Positions 25,721 through 39,698 are shown, counted from the stretch's first letter. The stretch: 64,000 nt of DNA from Octopus vulgaris (GCA_951406725.2 OX597832.1:55118001-55182000), one strand, 5' to 3'. Numbers and translations are program-made. Notes: a model not told the origin generated them from the letters alone.

Positions 25721-26134
25721 TAAGTATATGTGTGTGTGTGTGTGTGTGCACGAACGCCCACGCACATATACATATATACTCACACGTACACACAGAACAA
25801 TTATTTTATTGTTTGAGAGATACGGGACATTTTATTATTGTATTCCAAGGTGAACTTATGAATATGCATATATGCAGATACTAGTGGCGCGATGATAAAA
25901 GACTCTAGCTTAACTAGTTCTTAATGAGGGTGCGTTTGTTAAGTGGGGATATAAATAGCACCAAGCTGTGTGTTGTTTTCTCTCTAACGGTGAGGTTATG
26001 TCAGGTCAGCCGTAGGTCATCTCATGGCCTTATATCATATGTCCACATTCTGTTGGTGTGGGTTGTGTACGTACTTGTCGCCGTACACACGCAGGTACAC
26101 GGCTAAGTGAAGTGCTACGCAAGGCTTTGTTCGT

Positions 26135-26281
26135 GCCCGAGGTCGACTTTGCATTTCATCCTTTCGGAGTCGATTAAATAAGTACCAGTTACGCACTGGG
26201 GTCGATACAATCGACTTAATCCGTTTGTCTGTCCATGTTTGTCCTCTCTGTGTTTAGCCCCTGGTGGGTAGTAAAAGAAAT
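26135..26281 (+). mobile_element. 5'-truncated SINE family B with 13-bp TSD
   Basis: AGGCTTTGTTCGT at 26122-26134 and 26282-26294. Confidence 0.85.
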
Positions 26282-26695
26282 AGGCTTTGTTCGTCCGCGC
26301 TTTTATATGTGAACATGTATGTAAAGCGGAACCTCGGTTTACGAACGCCTCTCATCACGAGCAGATCGGTTTACGAACAATTTTTTTTTACCGTAAAGTG
26401 TTTCGTGTGTCAAACGGTGTCTCAAGTAACGTACACAGTTGGTGGCAAGCTGATATTATCAGCAGAGGAGCGTTAGTTGCTGTCTTATTTTCGCTCAGTG
26501 CACATCTATGCTCCAGCTTGCCCATTCATCAGATGAAGGCTAGCGGCCCGAAATTTCGAAGCCATTGTCATCCTTGTAAAAAAAAATTTTGTTTTAAAGA
26601 AAAAGGTGGTGCCCCAGCCTGGCCACAATGCGATGACTGAGTTACAAAATAAACTGATGTACTCTACGAAGTATTTATTCAATTTACTACGAAAT

Positions 26696-27102
26696 TGGCT
26701 GTGTGGTAAGTAGCTTGCTTACCAACCACATGGTTCCGGGTTCAGTCCCACTGCGTGGCATCTTGGGCAAGTGTCTTCTGCTATAGCCCCGGGGCGACCA
26801 ATGCCTTGTGAGTGGATTTGGTAGACGGAAACTGAAAGAAGCCTGTCGTATATATGTATGTGTATATATATATATGTGTGTGTGTGTGTGTATATGTTTG
26901 TGTGTCTGTGTTTGTCCCCCTAGCATTGCTTGACAACCGATGCTGGTGTGTTTACGTCCCCGTCACTTAGCGGTTCGGCAAAAGAGACCGATAGAATAAG
27001 TACTAGGCTTACAAAGAATAAGTCCCGGGGTGGATTTGCTCGACTAAAGGCGGTGCTCCAGCATGGCCGCAGTCAAATGACTGAAACAAGTAAAAGAGAG
27101 AG
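26696..27102 (+). mobile_element. SINE family A, near full length
   Basis: TGGCTGTGTGGTAAG...AAGTAAAAGAGAG. Confidence 0.9.
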
Positions 27103-28409
27103 TAACAATTATATACGTATAACTTGACATAAACACATACTCACAAACGTGTGTGTGTGTATGTGTGTTGCAGGAAAATGAATACTCAGTATTAAAAATA
27201 CTTCGATATTTGGATTCCATTGGACGTTGAAAGCGTCATAAATCCCTACTCCCAATTTTCTAGTTTCCGCTCTGGTTCTGAGAGAAGGGAAAGTCAAAAC
27301 TCGGAGTGGCAACCACCTGTGTCAGCTTTTAGCTAGCTCCATTAAAACTCTATTGATCTCGATCGATCGATTACAGATATAATAATCAAAAGCCTTCTTA
27401 TCTAAACTACGCTCTCGTTACAGTATTCGCCAGTGTCGGAATATTTAATCAGCTAAACGCCAATAAATAAACCCCCGCTTCGTAATTGGTAAAATTACCA
27501 TTCATGGTGCTTTCGCTATTACGAGATCTATAAAGGAATTGCTGTCACACGATGTCATCGTTCCTAAGAGAGAGACAGACAAACACAGAGAGAGAGAGAG
27601 ATTGTTACAACACTCAGCTAGTAGTTTGGGCGAAAAACACAGCCAAACCACACGTGATATCGTTATTTGTATGGCGAATACAAAGCTGATTGTTACACGA
27701 TATAATTATCTATGACATGGCCACTGTTGTCGCATGATGTTGCTATCTATCTTATCTTCTCTTCTCTCTCTCTCTATTCGACCAGTTCGCTCACTCAAAT
27801 AAAACAGACGCCTATTTTACAACGTTCAAATTAGAAAACGCTTCGTCTCTCTCTATCTCGTTTCCGCTTTCCCCCGCTACCGCCACCGCCGACATCTTTA
27901 CTCCCTCAACGACGCCTCATTTTTCTGGGGTTTTTTTTCTTCCCTCCTTTAATTGGAAGGATTAGAAGCGGTAGCAGACACGGATTGCGTAAAATGGTTT
28001 CTTTCAGAATGTCATTCATTTTCCTTTACAATCCTTTAATTACAAGCAGTCTCCCAGCCTCCCTTGGAAAGGTGTTCTAACTCATAAGTCCTAGTTCTTG
28101 CTTTAGATTTACTGCTTCTCGTTCTAAAGGCGTGTTAACAACAACGGAATGTGTGGGGTTTTTTTCTTGGTTTGGTTGTTGTTTTTCAATGTGTTCTCAT
28201 TACGAACAGATCTCTTTTGCTGTAACTTTACACACACTTCTTCCTTAGCCTTCCTCTCCCATTTTCTCGACGCTCTAATATACATTAATTCCTGATGTTA
28301 GTCGTTACAGAAGGTAATGTGTGTGTTTCTCGCTCGTAATTCTAATAATCAGCGCCGTATTGCTAATCTGTACATCTGCTTAGTAAGGTGTTAATAAACA
28401 ATACTAGTT

Positions 28410-28808
28410 TCAAATTTTGGCACAAGGCCAGCAATTTTTTTGGGAGGTGGGTTTAAAACAATTACATCGACGCTAGTGTTTAACTAGTACTTATTTTATC
28501 AATCCCGAAACGATAAAAAGCAAAGTCGACCTCGGCGGAATTTGAACTCAGAACGAAAAGACGGACGAAATGCCGCTACGCATTTTGCCCGGCGTGCTAG
28601 CGATTCTGCCAGCTCACCGCCTTAATAAATAGGGTTTTCTACTCTCAACACAAGGCCTGGAATTTTTGGAGGGGCCAAGGTCTTGGGTTCAGTTCCACTG
28701 CATGGCACCTTGGGCAAGTATCTTTTACTATAGCCTCTGGCCTATCAAAGCATTTGTAAGTTTACTTGGTAGACGGAAACTGAAAGAAGCCCGTCGTGTA
28801 CGTGTATG

Positions 28809-28854
<46 letters not shown>

Positions 28855-29060
28855 GGTTAGCTGGCAGAATCGTTATCAGGCTGGGCGAGGTGCTTAGGGG
28901 TATTTCGTCTGCCGTTACGTTCTGAGTTCAAATTCCGTTGAGGTCGACTTTGCCTTTCATCCTGTCAGGGGCGATTAAATAAGTACCAGTTACACACTGA
29001 GGTCGATGTAATCGACAATCCCTTTGTTTGTCCTTGTTTGTCCCCTTTATGTCTTGCCCC
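28410..29060. mobile_element. SINE cluster: family B (-) 28410-28622, family A fragment 28675-28800, family B (+) 28852-29060
   Basis: Family motifs as described above. Confidence 0.75.
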
Positions 29061-29728
29061 CTAACCACTTCCCTATACAAGAGATAAAGCTCCTTCCCGA
29101 TTCAAGAATCGAAACCACAATCCCACGATCCCGAGTATAAAAACATCGTAACCACTAAACCACGTTCCCTCACTTATACATGCGTGTGAATATATTATGT
29201 ATGTATGTGTGTGTTTGCGCGCGTGTTTATATTTAATGCGTCTAATTACAAAAGGTCGTTAAACTGTCATTAATTATTCTAAGTTGTGCGCAGGAAATAA
29301 ATATCTTTCTTTCGTTGCTTTTATTACGTTATTAGTTTGTGTTCGGTCTGTGAAACGTTTTCTTCCAGTTAGCATACGTTCTATAGAAACAGCCCACCTT
29401 ACATTTCAATGCAGTTTATTGAGATGTTTTTTTTTAGTAGTCTGTACTTCTAATTAATCTGCAACAACAACACTATATCACAACCTTAGCTCCGTATTTT
29501 TTTAAAAAAAAGCATACATGTTCTTTTCTCTTTAGAAAGAGATTTTCTACCAATAAACATGTGATGTAAAAAGTCGCCAACGAAATAATATATAAAACAA
29601 CAACAACAACAAAAAGAAACCTGGTGCTGCTTTCTCCTACGCTTTTCGAGATTCCCCCTTGCTTATTTTATCTGATAGACAACTAACAGTCTTTCAACAT
29701 ACTACGCCGCCGCTGATGTTGGCAGATG

Positions 29729-29801
<73 letters not shown>

Positions 29802-31337
29802 TAGGTCTCAGCTATTAAAGACAAGAGAATGAAGAATTACGTAACTGTTTCGTTTTTTAAACATTGAGAACATTTGTCCGAATTCTTCGCAATGGCGGCT
29901 TCTTATTTGTAACATATCATCATCATCATCATCATCATCATCACCATCATTATCACAAGGGCGGTAGTGAATTGTCAGTATCTTTTTTTACCGTTATCCG
30001 GCCTTTGACGTTCTAATTTCAAATCCAGCCGAGAGACAAATTTATTATTGATGTTGTTGTTGTTGTTGTTATTAAGACGGCGAGCTGACAAAATCGTTAA
30101 CACACCCGACAAAATACTTCGCGGCATTTCCTTCGACTCGTTACATCTTCTGTTTAAATTCTACCGATGTGAAAATTCCTAGGCGGTGTCCCAGTATGGT
30201 CGCTGTCCAATGACTGAAACAAGTAAAAGATTCAGACAGTAATTGAACAGCACCGACATATTGTTGAAGACTGAGTCTTTGAATTCGCTAGTATGATATT
30301 CCGCACAATAATATCCTGTTAAATTTCTTCGTAGTACCCCGACTGGTACTCCGTTGGTTGCGGCGATGTGTCTTCCAGTTGATCCGAGCCTACTCGTGAA
30401 ATTGACGTGCAAGTGGCTGAGTACTCCAGAGACTGGCATACCCTTAATGCAGTTCTCAGGGAGATTCAATGTGACACAGATTGTGACAATGTTGGCCTTT
30501 TAATTACAGGTACTTTTAAGTACAGGGGTACTACGAACAGTGGAGGATGTTAGCAGCTGTTAATAAAACACATATTTATAGGAACATATGTTCTTGTCTA
30601 ACATCAGGTCAGCCTTGATTGAGTATATCTATAATCACAGACATTCCAGCCGTGATCATTGCGTCTTATTTAAAACAATTTAGGTGCTATTTATGGCTGA
30701 GCGAGTGTCTACAAGATGTTGTGAAACGTATGTTATAGTTATGTGTGATAACATTTTAGGTGGTAAAACACGAACTCACGTCGGTTCACTTTTGTGTGTT
30801 GGTATATATTTGTATTAGCATGTGTGTCTGTGTCTGTCCGTCTATGTGTGTATTCGCGTGTGTTAATTTCTGTATCATGTGCAATTTAAAATAAAAAAGA
30901 GCAGTTTTCTTACATCTATCTATTTGTACTTTTGTGCAATTTAATGGTGACTCATCTTCCTATAAGGCGGCCGGCGAGCTGTCGAAATCGCTGGCACGTC
31001 TGATAAAATGCTTAGCAGCGTTTCTTCCAAATGCTGACGTTCTGAGTTCAAATCTCGACGAGGTCAACTTTGTCTTTCATCCCTTGGTGGGGTCGATAAA
31101 ATAAAGTATTAGTCTAGTACTGGGAACAATGTAATCAACTTGCTTCCCTCCTCTACCAATCGCTGGTCTTGAACCCTGCAGTTGACCAACGTCCCACTCA
31201 GGGATAAAGTTATGATCTCGGTCAGTTAATCGCCATGGAAACCGGCTTACCGGCCTTATAAATCTTAGGGCTCGAAAAGAATGAAATAAGAAAACTTGCT
31301 ATAATGATATTGTTTCTAATTCATGTATAATATATAT

Positions 31338-31458
31338 TGGCCTACTCGCTTAGCCAGCGGGTTGGCGTCACCTGAAGGCTAAAACAATACAAAGCGCATT
31401 GTGACCAGCGATGTGTAGCAACATCTGATAGCCTGGTCGGTCACGGTGATCACGGTGT
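31338..31458 (+). mobile_element. Solo retroposon 3' tail (also found on family C at 39578-39698)
   Basis: GGCCTACTCGCTTAGCCAGCGGG...GGTCACGGTGATCACGGTG followed by (TA)n. Confidence 0.7.
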
Positions 31459-32134
31459 TATATATATTTATATATATATATAATGCAATCCGAAAAAGTA
31501 ATCCAAGGTAGCCCTAGCTGGTAATCCACACGATAATCCGATATGGATATCAGCGGGTCTATTAATCTCTATAGCGTTACCTTGACGAAGTGGTATCTTA
31601 GTGTCTGGAAGTGTGACACATGGTTTGTCATTATTGATCAGGAGGAATTGAAAAGGTAAGAGATTTCCTCATTATGTTATTGTTAATCGATAAATAATTC
31701 TTCAGACATCGGGGGGTTTCTTAACCCCACGACCATTCCTAAGCCTACATAGGATAACTGCTGGATTAAATGGTAGATAATCTGGCACTCCGTCGGTTAC
31801 GACGACGAATGTTCCAGTCGGTCTGATCAATGGAACAGCTTGCTCATGAAATTAACGTGCAACTGACTGAGTACTCCGCAGACACGCAGGGAGATTCAGC
31901 ATGATACAGAATGTGACAAGGCTGGCCCTTTGAATTACAGATGCGACTCATTTTTGCCAGCTGAGTGGAATGGAGCGCCGTGAAATAAAGTGTCTTGCCC
32001 AAGGACAATAGCAAATATAACTAGCAGATGAAGGGTCAACCATGTTAGTTCACTAAGAAATCCAGCAATGACGGTTGTCATCACTGGACCATTGTTTTTT
32101 TTTTGGGGGGGGGGGCATTAGTGGCCAGTCCTTA

Positions 32135-32370
32135 AGGCGGCGAGCTAGCAGAGTCGTTAGCACGCCAGGCGAAATGCTTAGCAGTATTTCGTCTGCTGCT
32201 ACATTCTGAGTTCAAATTCCGCTGAGGTCGACTTTGCCTTTCATCCTTTCGGGGTCGATAAATAAAGTACCAGTTTCGCACTGGGGTCGATGTAATCAAC
32301 TTAATCCCTTTTGTTTGTCCTTGTTTGTCCCCTCTATGTTTAGCCCCCTGTGGGCAACAAAGAAATAAAT
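32135..32370 (+). mobile_element. SINE family B, full length
   Basis: AAGGCGGCGAGCTAGCAGAG...AAAGAAATA. Confidence 0.85.
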
Positions 32371-33230
32371 TAGTGGACAGTCCTCTTGTAAACATTTAAT
32401 TGGCTGTTATTTTCCTTCAACAAGCGAAAACACCGATTTGGCGAACCTTTTCTGAGTCCATGGGCAACTGAAAACAACGAAACCCGGATGACCTTCAATG
32501 GAAATTATCCCATAAAATTATCGAAGGTTAACCCCAAAAGATGTGTGAAATACTAAGGAATTCTAATTAATGGTTGGGAATCTTGTACTGAAATAGCTAA
32601 AGTTCTTTTAGAGAATAATTTTAAAACAAATATTATAGTTGTTTAATCCCCGTAAACATCGCTTAGGCCGTTTGTAAAAAAAAGCATAATTATCACAGCA
32701 GCTCATACCTTCTAAAAAAAATATTCCGCTTTGAAGATAGTCAAGAGAGCAATGTTATAGATGTTTAACGAAGCGTAAAAATCGTTAAACAAATATTTCT
32801 TTAGCGATGAATCGTTTCATTTATTCAGGAAGTAGTAGTAGGTATACGCATAACGAACTGTCTGTTCAGAGATTTTTTTTTTTTTTTAAAGAAATTTCTG
32901 ACAAATGCCAGTTAAAACAGAGAAATCTCCAACTTCTAGAAAAGATTAAATTTCTGGCGAGTCTGGGTGAGAAAAATAAATAAATAAAAAGTGCAGCCGA
33001 ACGTTTTTAACTGATTCTGTTATAAATAAGTCATTTTTAAAAGATTAGTTTGATAATCAAAGGAAAATAGGCGTAGCAAACTGGAAGTTTACTTGCTTCT
33101 TTCTGTTTATTTAATGGCTGTGGGATTTACCAAAGTAGTTTCCAAGACTGATGTTGCTATTTCCACATAGTTTACTGTATGATACTTTAACGTATGCTCT
33201 AGAATACAGACTTGTCTAAAATTTATAGTT

Positions 33231-33410
33231 ACTAGTACCCGCTGTTTTGACCCCGGCGATGGCGCACATTTGCTGTAGTTATGCCAGTGAGTTAACTAAA
33301 TGTCTTTAATGATCCTGTTGAGAAACGGGTTTGTGTACAGATAAACCACACGCACATTCAGACAGACAGACAGACAGACAATGCTGCCGTCATATTCGTA
33401 TACATAAATA
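33231..33410 (-). mobile_element. Possible non-autonomous Helitron
   Basis: Minus strand has a (TCTG)n tract near the 5' end and finishes GC-rich...CGGGTACTAG|T, a Helitron-like 3' terminus. Confidence 0.4.
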
Positions 33411-33448
33411 TATAACTCAGTGTGTGTGTGTGTATATATATATAACTA

Positions 33449-33484
<36 letters not shown>

Positions 33485-33486
33485 AC

Positions 33487-33527
<41 letters not shown>

Positions 33528-33538
33528 CTGTGTCTCTA

Positions 33539-33593
<55 letters not shown>

Positions 33594-33607
33594 CACTATA
33601 AAAAATG

Positions 33608-33640
<33 letters not shown>

Positions 33641-34394
33641 ATGTTTCACCAGCGTTCACTATTTTCCTCTCGTTCTGGTCCAACGACCCTCCATGTTTGT
33701 TTTCATTCAATTTCCATGTATGTCTCCACTGCCATGTGTTTGTTCCCAACTTTGACCCTCCATAAATCCTAAATTTTATTTTAGAATTTATGGGAGCAAC
33801 TGTTTTTGAAGGCTTATATTTTCGTTGAATGCTCGAAATGAGGAGTAGATGATAGACAGCCGACGACTGATGAAAGGTCCTTTTCTGTGTTTACTTGTCC
33901 GGTTTTCCAGTTTTTGTTTTTCGTTGTTTACGTATTTCATGTTATTTGCACCATTGGTGACGTCCTGTATGTGTGTGTATGTATATATATCATATATACA
34001 AAGGCAGAGAGGGGGTGGGAACAAAGACGTGGAGGGAATAGAGATTCAGATTTTGTTTCTTCCTTTAATGGCGGTGTTGAGAAATATGTCTCTGTCTACA
34101 TACATACAGAGGGAGGGAGAGAGAGAGATCGGGGTGGGGTGGAGCTGCGAAACAAGCATAGAAGTTATATGGCAGACGGAGCAGGTTTAATGAAAATTAC
34201 AATAATGATTAAAACAATTGCCAGTACATTTTCTGTGTAATTCGAGAAAATGTGTGATTTGTGAATAACATTAAAGACTTGAGAGTCGGTACAGAAACGT
34301 AATAGAATTTGTACTAGGAAGGTTCTAAAGAGAAGTATGCACGCGGCATCGCAATGTAAGAAGAGACGCAATTAATCAATTAATTATTTCTACT

Positions 34395-34580
34395 CTAGGC
34401 ACAAGGTCTTGAAAATTTGTGGGTGGGGAAGGGGGTTAGTCGATTACTTATTTCATTGACCCCGAAAGGATGAAAGGCAAAGTCGACCTCGGTGAAATTT
34501 GAACTCAGAACGTAACGGCAGACGAAATACGGCCACGCATTTCGCCCGGCGTGCTAACGGTTCTGCCAGCTCTCCGTCTT
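34395..34580 (-). mobile_element. SINE family B
   Basis: CCCCGAAAGGATGAAAGGCAAAGTCGACC...CTGCCAGCTC. Confidence 0.8.
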
Positions 34581-34587
34581 AATATAT

Positions 34588-34823
34588 CATGACCCGACTT
34601 TTCGTCCGATGTCACTTTGTCCAACGTCGTCACTTCGTCTACGTCTTTTGGTCCGACGATGTTTTTTTTTTTTTTGTCCAATTCTAAATAAACTCTTTAG
34701 AAAACAACGTGAACATCAAAATCAAATAATCTTTGAGAATTTTATTTATAGGATTTGCCATTGGACAAAAAGACAGACGAAAAGACGTTTGACGAAGTGA
34801 CGTCGGACGAAAAGACATAGCGC
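34588..34823. mobile_element. Foldback-like MITE whose TIRs are built from ~15-bp subrepeats
   Basis: Left CTTTTCGTCCGATGTCACTTTGTCCAACGTC versus reverse complement of right end CTTTTCGTCCGACGTCACTTCGTCAAACGTC. A second left end lies at 39718-39750. Confidence 0.65.
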
Positions 34824-35678
34824 ACACACACACACACACACACACAATGTGTTTTAGTTTCCGTCTACCAAATCCATTGGCAAAGGCTTTGGTCGGCTCG
34901 GGGCTGTAGTAGAATATACTTGCCAAAGTGTCGCACAGTGGAACTGAACCCAAGGCCGCATAGTTGGAAAGCAAACTACTTCCTGAACCACACGACGGCC
35001 ACATCTCTGTTCCCCAGTAGGTACTGGAACAGTTACTTTTACATGGTCGCATTCGCTAAACTAATAAAACGGTTTTGCCCTGAACTTAGTCAATATTCGC
35101 ATTAAATTAATGATCAATGTTTCTGCTTACGTCGACACCAGCTAAAGGCCTACAACAACAACAACAACAACGAAACTCATAAATTTATCTTTTTCACGTG
35201 AGTCGAATTCATCATACGAAAGATTAAAAACAAAAATGATATACAATTCGACAAGTTACGATGACTCAACACATTCCGTACTATAAAAGAGCTCAGCAGG
35301 TTTTTGATGACGATGACGATATAAATCAAAGCAGTTCTGTAACAGAGCATTAGCAGAGTGTCGAGTGTGGTGGCGGTGGTGGTGGTGGTGGTGGTTTTAG
35401 ACTATTTAGATAACTAACTACCTTAAAATTCTCGCTGCTTCGTTTAGGTTCAGTTTCATTAATTCTAAACATGCAACTCCGACTTAAATCTTGTTAGATC
35501 TGCTGCCCTTATATCCTCAACACAATTAATCTTGCTCTCGGCATTTCTTATACGTTAATTTTCGCTCTTCATGCCATCATCAAAATAACTGCTGCTGCTG
35601 CTGCTGCCGCTTCTTCAAACTATCTGACCCCCCCACGACAATCTTGTTGTGGACTTGTCATTAAATTCGTCTCTTCTA

Positions 35679-35911
35679 AGGCGGCGAGCTGGCAGAAACG
35701 TTAGCACGCCGGGCGAAATGCGTAGCAGTATTTCCTCTGCCGCTACGTTCTGAGTTCAAATTCCGCCGAGGTCGACTTTGCCTTTCATCCTTTCGGGGTC
35801 GATAAATTAAGTACCAGTTACGCACTGGAGTCGACGTAATCGACTTAATCCGTTTGTCTGTCTTTGTTTGTCCCCTCTATGTTTAGCCCCTTGTGGGTAA
35901 TAAAGAAACAG
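35679..35911 (+). mobile_element. SINE family B, full length
   Basis: Complete head, Meta-like domain and tail. Confidence 0.9.
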
Positions 35912-35929
35912 ATATATATATATATATTA

Positions 35930-36145
35930 CGAAGGGGTGCTCAAAAGTTCCTGGCTTTAAGGGTCTCATGAAAGGCCTGGTTGGAAGCCCAACCTTCTGA
36001 GTTCTTTTACAGGGCTTAGAAAAACCGAAGGACCGCTGCAATAAGTGTGTGATTCTGGGAGGGGAATACGTTGAATAAAATCATAGTTAACTGATCCTCT
36101 TGTACCTTCGTTTACCCGAATCCAGGAACTTTACCGCACCCTGTG
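35930..36145 (+). mobile_element. mariner-derived MITE retaining the transposase C-terminus
   Basis: TA-CGAAGGGGTGCTCAAAAGTTCCTGG ... CCAGGAACTTTACCGCACCCTGTG-TA. 36010-36078 translates QGLEKPKDRCNKCVILGGEYVE*, a typical mariner C-terminal motif. Confidence 0.8.
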
Positions 36146-37566
36146 TATGTGTGTGTGTGGTATAATGTGGTTTGTGTGTGTATTGTGTATGTGTGTTTTT
36201 TGTTTGTTTTTGTTTTTGTCCCTACACGTCCTCGTAAGGTAGCGATTCGGCGAAAGAGAAGAGAGAATAAGTTCGAAGCTTAAAAATAAGTACTCGTACT
36301 CTTGTCGATTTGTTCGACGAAACTCTTGAACGCGGTGCCCCAGCATGGCCGCAGTGCAATCAGTCAATCAATCAATCAATCAATCAATGACTGACACAAG
36401 TAAAGGAATTAAGATAAGATGTTGCAGCACTGAACCTTAAAGTCTGCTACGCGAACGAATTTCAAACAGTCTTTCATTAATGTGTTCTTCTTTCTGCAAA
36501 TAATGCTGGCTTTGTGGGCGGAGAAACGGTGGCGAAGTGATGGGTGGCGTAACTGGTGCTGGTGGAAGGATATTCCCGTGGTTGTTTACTCAAAGCGATC
36601 TACTACTGTAATTCAACAAACAAACTGACACCCGAAACGCAAACACCACTCTTCCTGCACATATCGTCGTCATTACGTCGTATTCTCCACTCACTCACTC
36701 ACTCACACCTGTCTTACATTACACCTACCTACCTACCTACCTACCTACCTCTTCACTTTACCTTCCTAATTCACTCATTTCAAACCTGTTTTGTTTGTTT
36801 TTTGTTGTTGTTGTTGTTGTTTTTTTTTTACTAGTTTCTATTTTTCGTTCTTCCTATCAAAATAATAATAACAACAACAATAATAATGATAATAATAATA
36901 ATTACTACGCCATATCTGCAAACGAAGAGTAATTTTCGTGTGTTTGTGTTTATTCAGAAGCGTTTGCAGTTAATATTTGCATTTTAAACCTTAGCAATAA
37001 CCTCGTGATGTTACACCGCGTATTACTCACAATCTTACATCGTGCACTTTTCAACGAAATATCTTGTTTGCTGTACAAGTGTTAACGTCATTGATATATA
37101 AAACATACAGGCAATTAGTTTTGGCTTTTTAACACGTGTTTATTACGACTAGCAGCGATTTGTTGTACGCAGTATGTATGGCATTCTTTTCGCTTGTCGC
37201 AACGGCAGTTTGCAAAGGTAATACGGACGGCTACAGCAGACATTTAATGAACTCCGGGGGAGGCTACAAGGAAAGTGGTTTAAAAAAAAAAGTTCTTTTA
37301 CTTTTAATCACGAAGGAATAAAAAATAAAGGTGATTCGAGTGGAATTCGAATTTAGACTCGTGTGCCGAATCTGCGAACCGGTTTCAAATCTTTGCTGTA
37401 GTTATTCCACTTGGCGTGTGAAGGAATGCATGATATGGAATGGCATTTCTCGTTCTTGTGTAAGTCTGAAAGCTCTGCCCTAAGATGAGACGTACATGTT
37501 AAACTCACGTGGATAATGCAAGTAAATCTTGTAAAATCCAACTTTGACTTTAACTATATCGAAGAG

Positions 37567-37608
<42 letters not shown>

Positions 37609-37742
37609 TGTGACTCGGAAGAGTCATTTTCTTTTAGTGCCTTATTATTTAACACACTCACCGGTAAAGTTTCCACTCATTTGTTTATTGAATAAATCCG
37701 CTCTTGTTTGTTTAGATATGCACTTTGTATAAAGATACTTTC

Positions 37743-37798
<56 letters not shown>

Positions 37799-38171
37799 AG
37801 ATTAATCAGCCGAAATTGCGAGGATGATCCGGTTCTTGACTGAAGATTAGAGGCTTCAAATGATCCGTCCGTATTTTTTGTATCGTCTATTTGAATATTT
37901 TGCGTTCTTGTCCCATTTTGTATATATGTGTATATATATATATTGAGAAAGTATTTTATATAAAGTACATATCTAAGCAAACAAGTGCAGATTTATTCAG
38001 TAAGTTGGATCGTGCCATCTGCAACACTGCAAGAATATCGGTTGGAAAAAATTCTATGTAGAGTTTGATACGTAATATTACCTGAGTGTGCAAATAAGTT
38101 CGTTCTGACAAGCTGCCTCAATTTAAGTAACTTATTCAACTTAATCTAAATTACATTTTATATACAGTACA

Positions 38172-38220
<49 letters not shown>

Positions 38221-38223
<3 letters not shown>

Positions 38224-38340
38224 GGAATTTACAGAAAAACGAAGACAGGTGTATAAACAACAAGCAGGTGTATTAGTTTAACGCTCGGGAAGGTGAGAAA
38301 ATCTTTTACATTTCGAGCCTACGCTCTTCAACAGAAATGA
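38221..38340 (-). mobile_element. Family H1 element, 5'-truncated at the hammerhead motif
   Basis: Minus strand TTT-CTGTTGA-A-GAGC gtag GCTC-GAAAT-GTA-AAAGA. Abuts (TA)n. Confidence 0.65.
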
Positions 38341-38369
38341 ATACCTCTCTCTTTCACTCTCTCTCTCTC

Positions 38370-38423
<54 letters not shown>

Positions 38424-38930
38424 AGAGAGAGAGCAGACAGAGAGCACTTACATACAATACTCGAAGTTTCCAGGCAAGCTATGAGTATGGACTTATCTGA
38501 TTTCCGTTCGGTAATCAATTCAGGAGATTCTGAGTGCCGTAGCGTTGCATGTTTGTATACCGTATTAAATATATTTTCCTCTTTTCCATTCTATATTCAG
38601 ATCTACTTCTTTTCTTAGTACAAACGTAGATAATTGCTCTCTGTGCGTGTGTGGTTTTCTTTCCGTGTTGCTGTATCTTTCATCTGGAGCTCACCATATT
38701 TGTCTTCAGCTAAAACCCGATGGAGTACTGAAATGCTGTGCACGAAATTATTCCCAAATAATCGAAATTTCTCTTTTAGTTGGAGGATGCAAACTAAAAG
38801 ACTATGGCATATGTTAATGTCTGCTAAAGACAAGAGGTGATAATTTCAAAAAAATTAATAATTAATCACTCAATGCACATTTACATGCTTGGGAGAAGGA
38901 AAGCCTGGGATTTGCTATGCAGTAAGGGTT

Positions 38931-38974
38931 AACTATGGACATGTTTCGGTCTATTAGACCTCATTAGCATAGTT
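38931..38974 (-). ncRNA. Type I hammerhead ribozyme motif with G5A core substitution (probably inactive)
   Basis: Minus strand AACTATG-CTAATGA-GGTCT aat AGACC-GAAAC at GTC-CATAGTT: perfect 7-bp stem I, 5-bp stem II, palindromic ACATGT stem III, GUC triplet. Confidence 0.7.
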
Positions 38975-39382
38975 TAATCTTGCAAAACATCCCGATCACT
39001 TGAATAGAGAAAATGAGTTATGAATAATTTTTTGGCCAGTATAATTTGCATTCTGTATAATGCTTAATTAATTAATAACGTTGCCAACGATCGACACCAT
39101 TATGGAAATTAAACTGTCCATTTTAGCTAAGTTTTGATTAGTTTATCATATAACGAGCTGTCAAATAACGCCATCTACGTGCGGTGAGTCTCCAAAGAGG
39201 AATGAAACTCGTCAAGACAATCCCCAAATTATTCTCCTTCAGAACAGGTAACAAAAAACAAAACAAACAGGTAATTCATTACATTAGTTTGAAATATTTT
39301 TACATTTTAAACGTAGCTTGGCTAAAATTGTATAAAACTGCAATTCAATGAGAAATATTTATTTCTAAGTAACAATAGCTGC

Positions 39383-39698
39383 GTGGAGGCGCAATGGCCC
39401 AGTGGTTAGGGCAGCGAACTCCCGGTCGGAGGATCGCGATTTCGATTTCGATTTCCAGACCGGGTGTTGTGTGTGTTTATTGAGCGAAAACACCTAAAGG
39501 CTCTACGAGGCTCCGGCAGGGGGTGGTGGCGATCCTTGCTGTACTCTTTCGCCACAAATTTCTCTCACTCTTTCTGTTGGCCTGCTCGCTTAGCCAGCGG
39601 GGTGGCGTCATTTGAAGGCTAAAACAATGCGAAGTGCATTGTGACTAGCGATGTGTAGCAACATCTGATAGCCTGGTCGGTCACGGTGATCAAGGTGA
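39383..39698 (+). mobile_element. SINE family C head and body with an alternative tail
   Basis: GTGGAGGCGCAATGGCCCAGTGGTTAGGGCAGCG head. The tail is homologous to 31338-31458. Confidence 0.8.
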
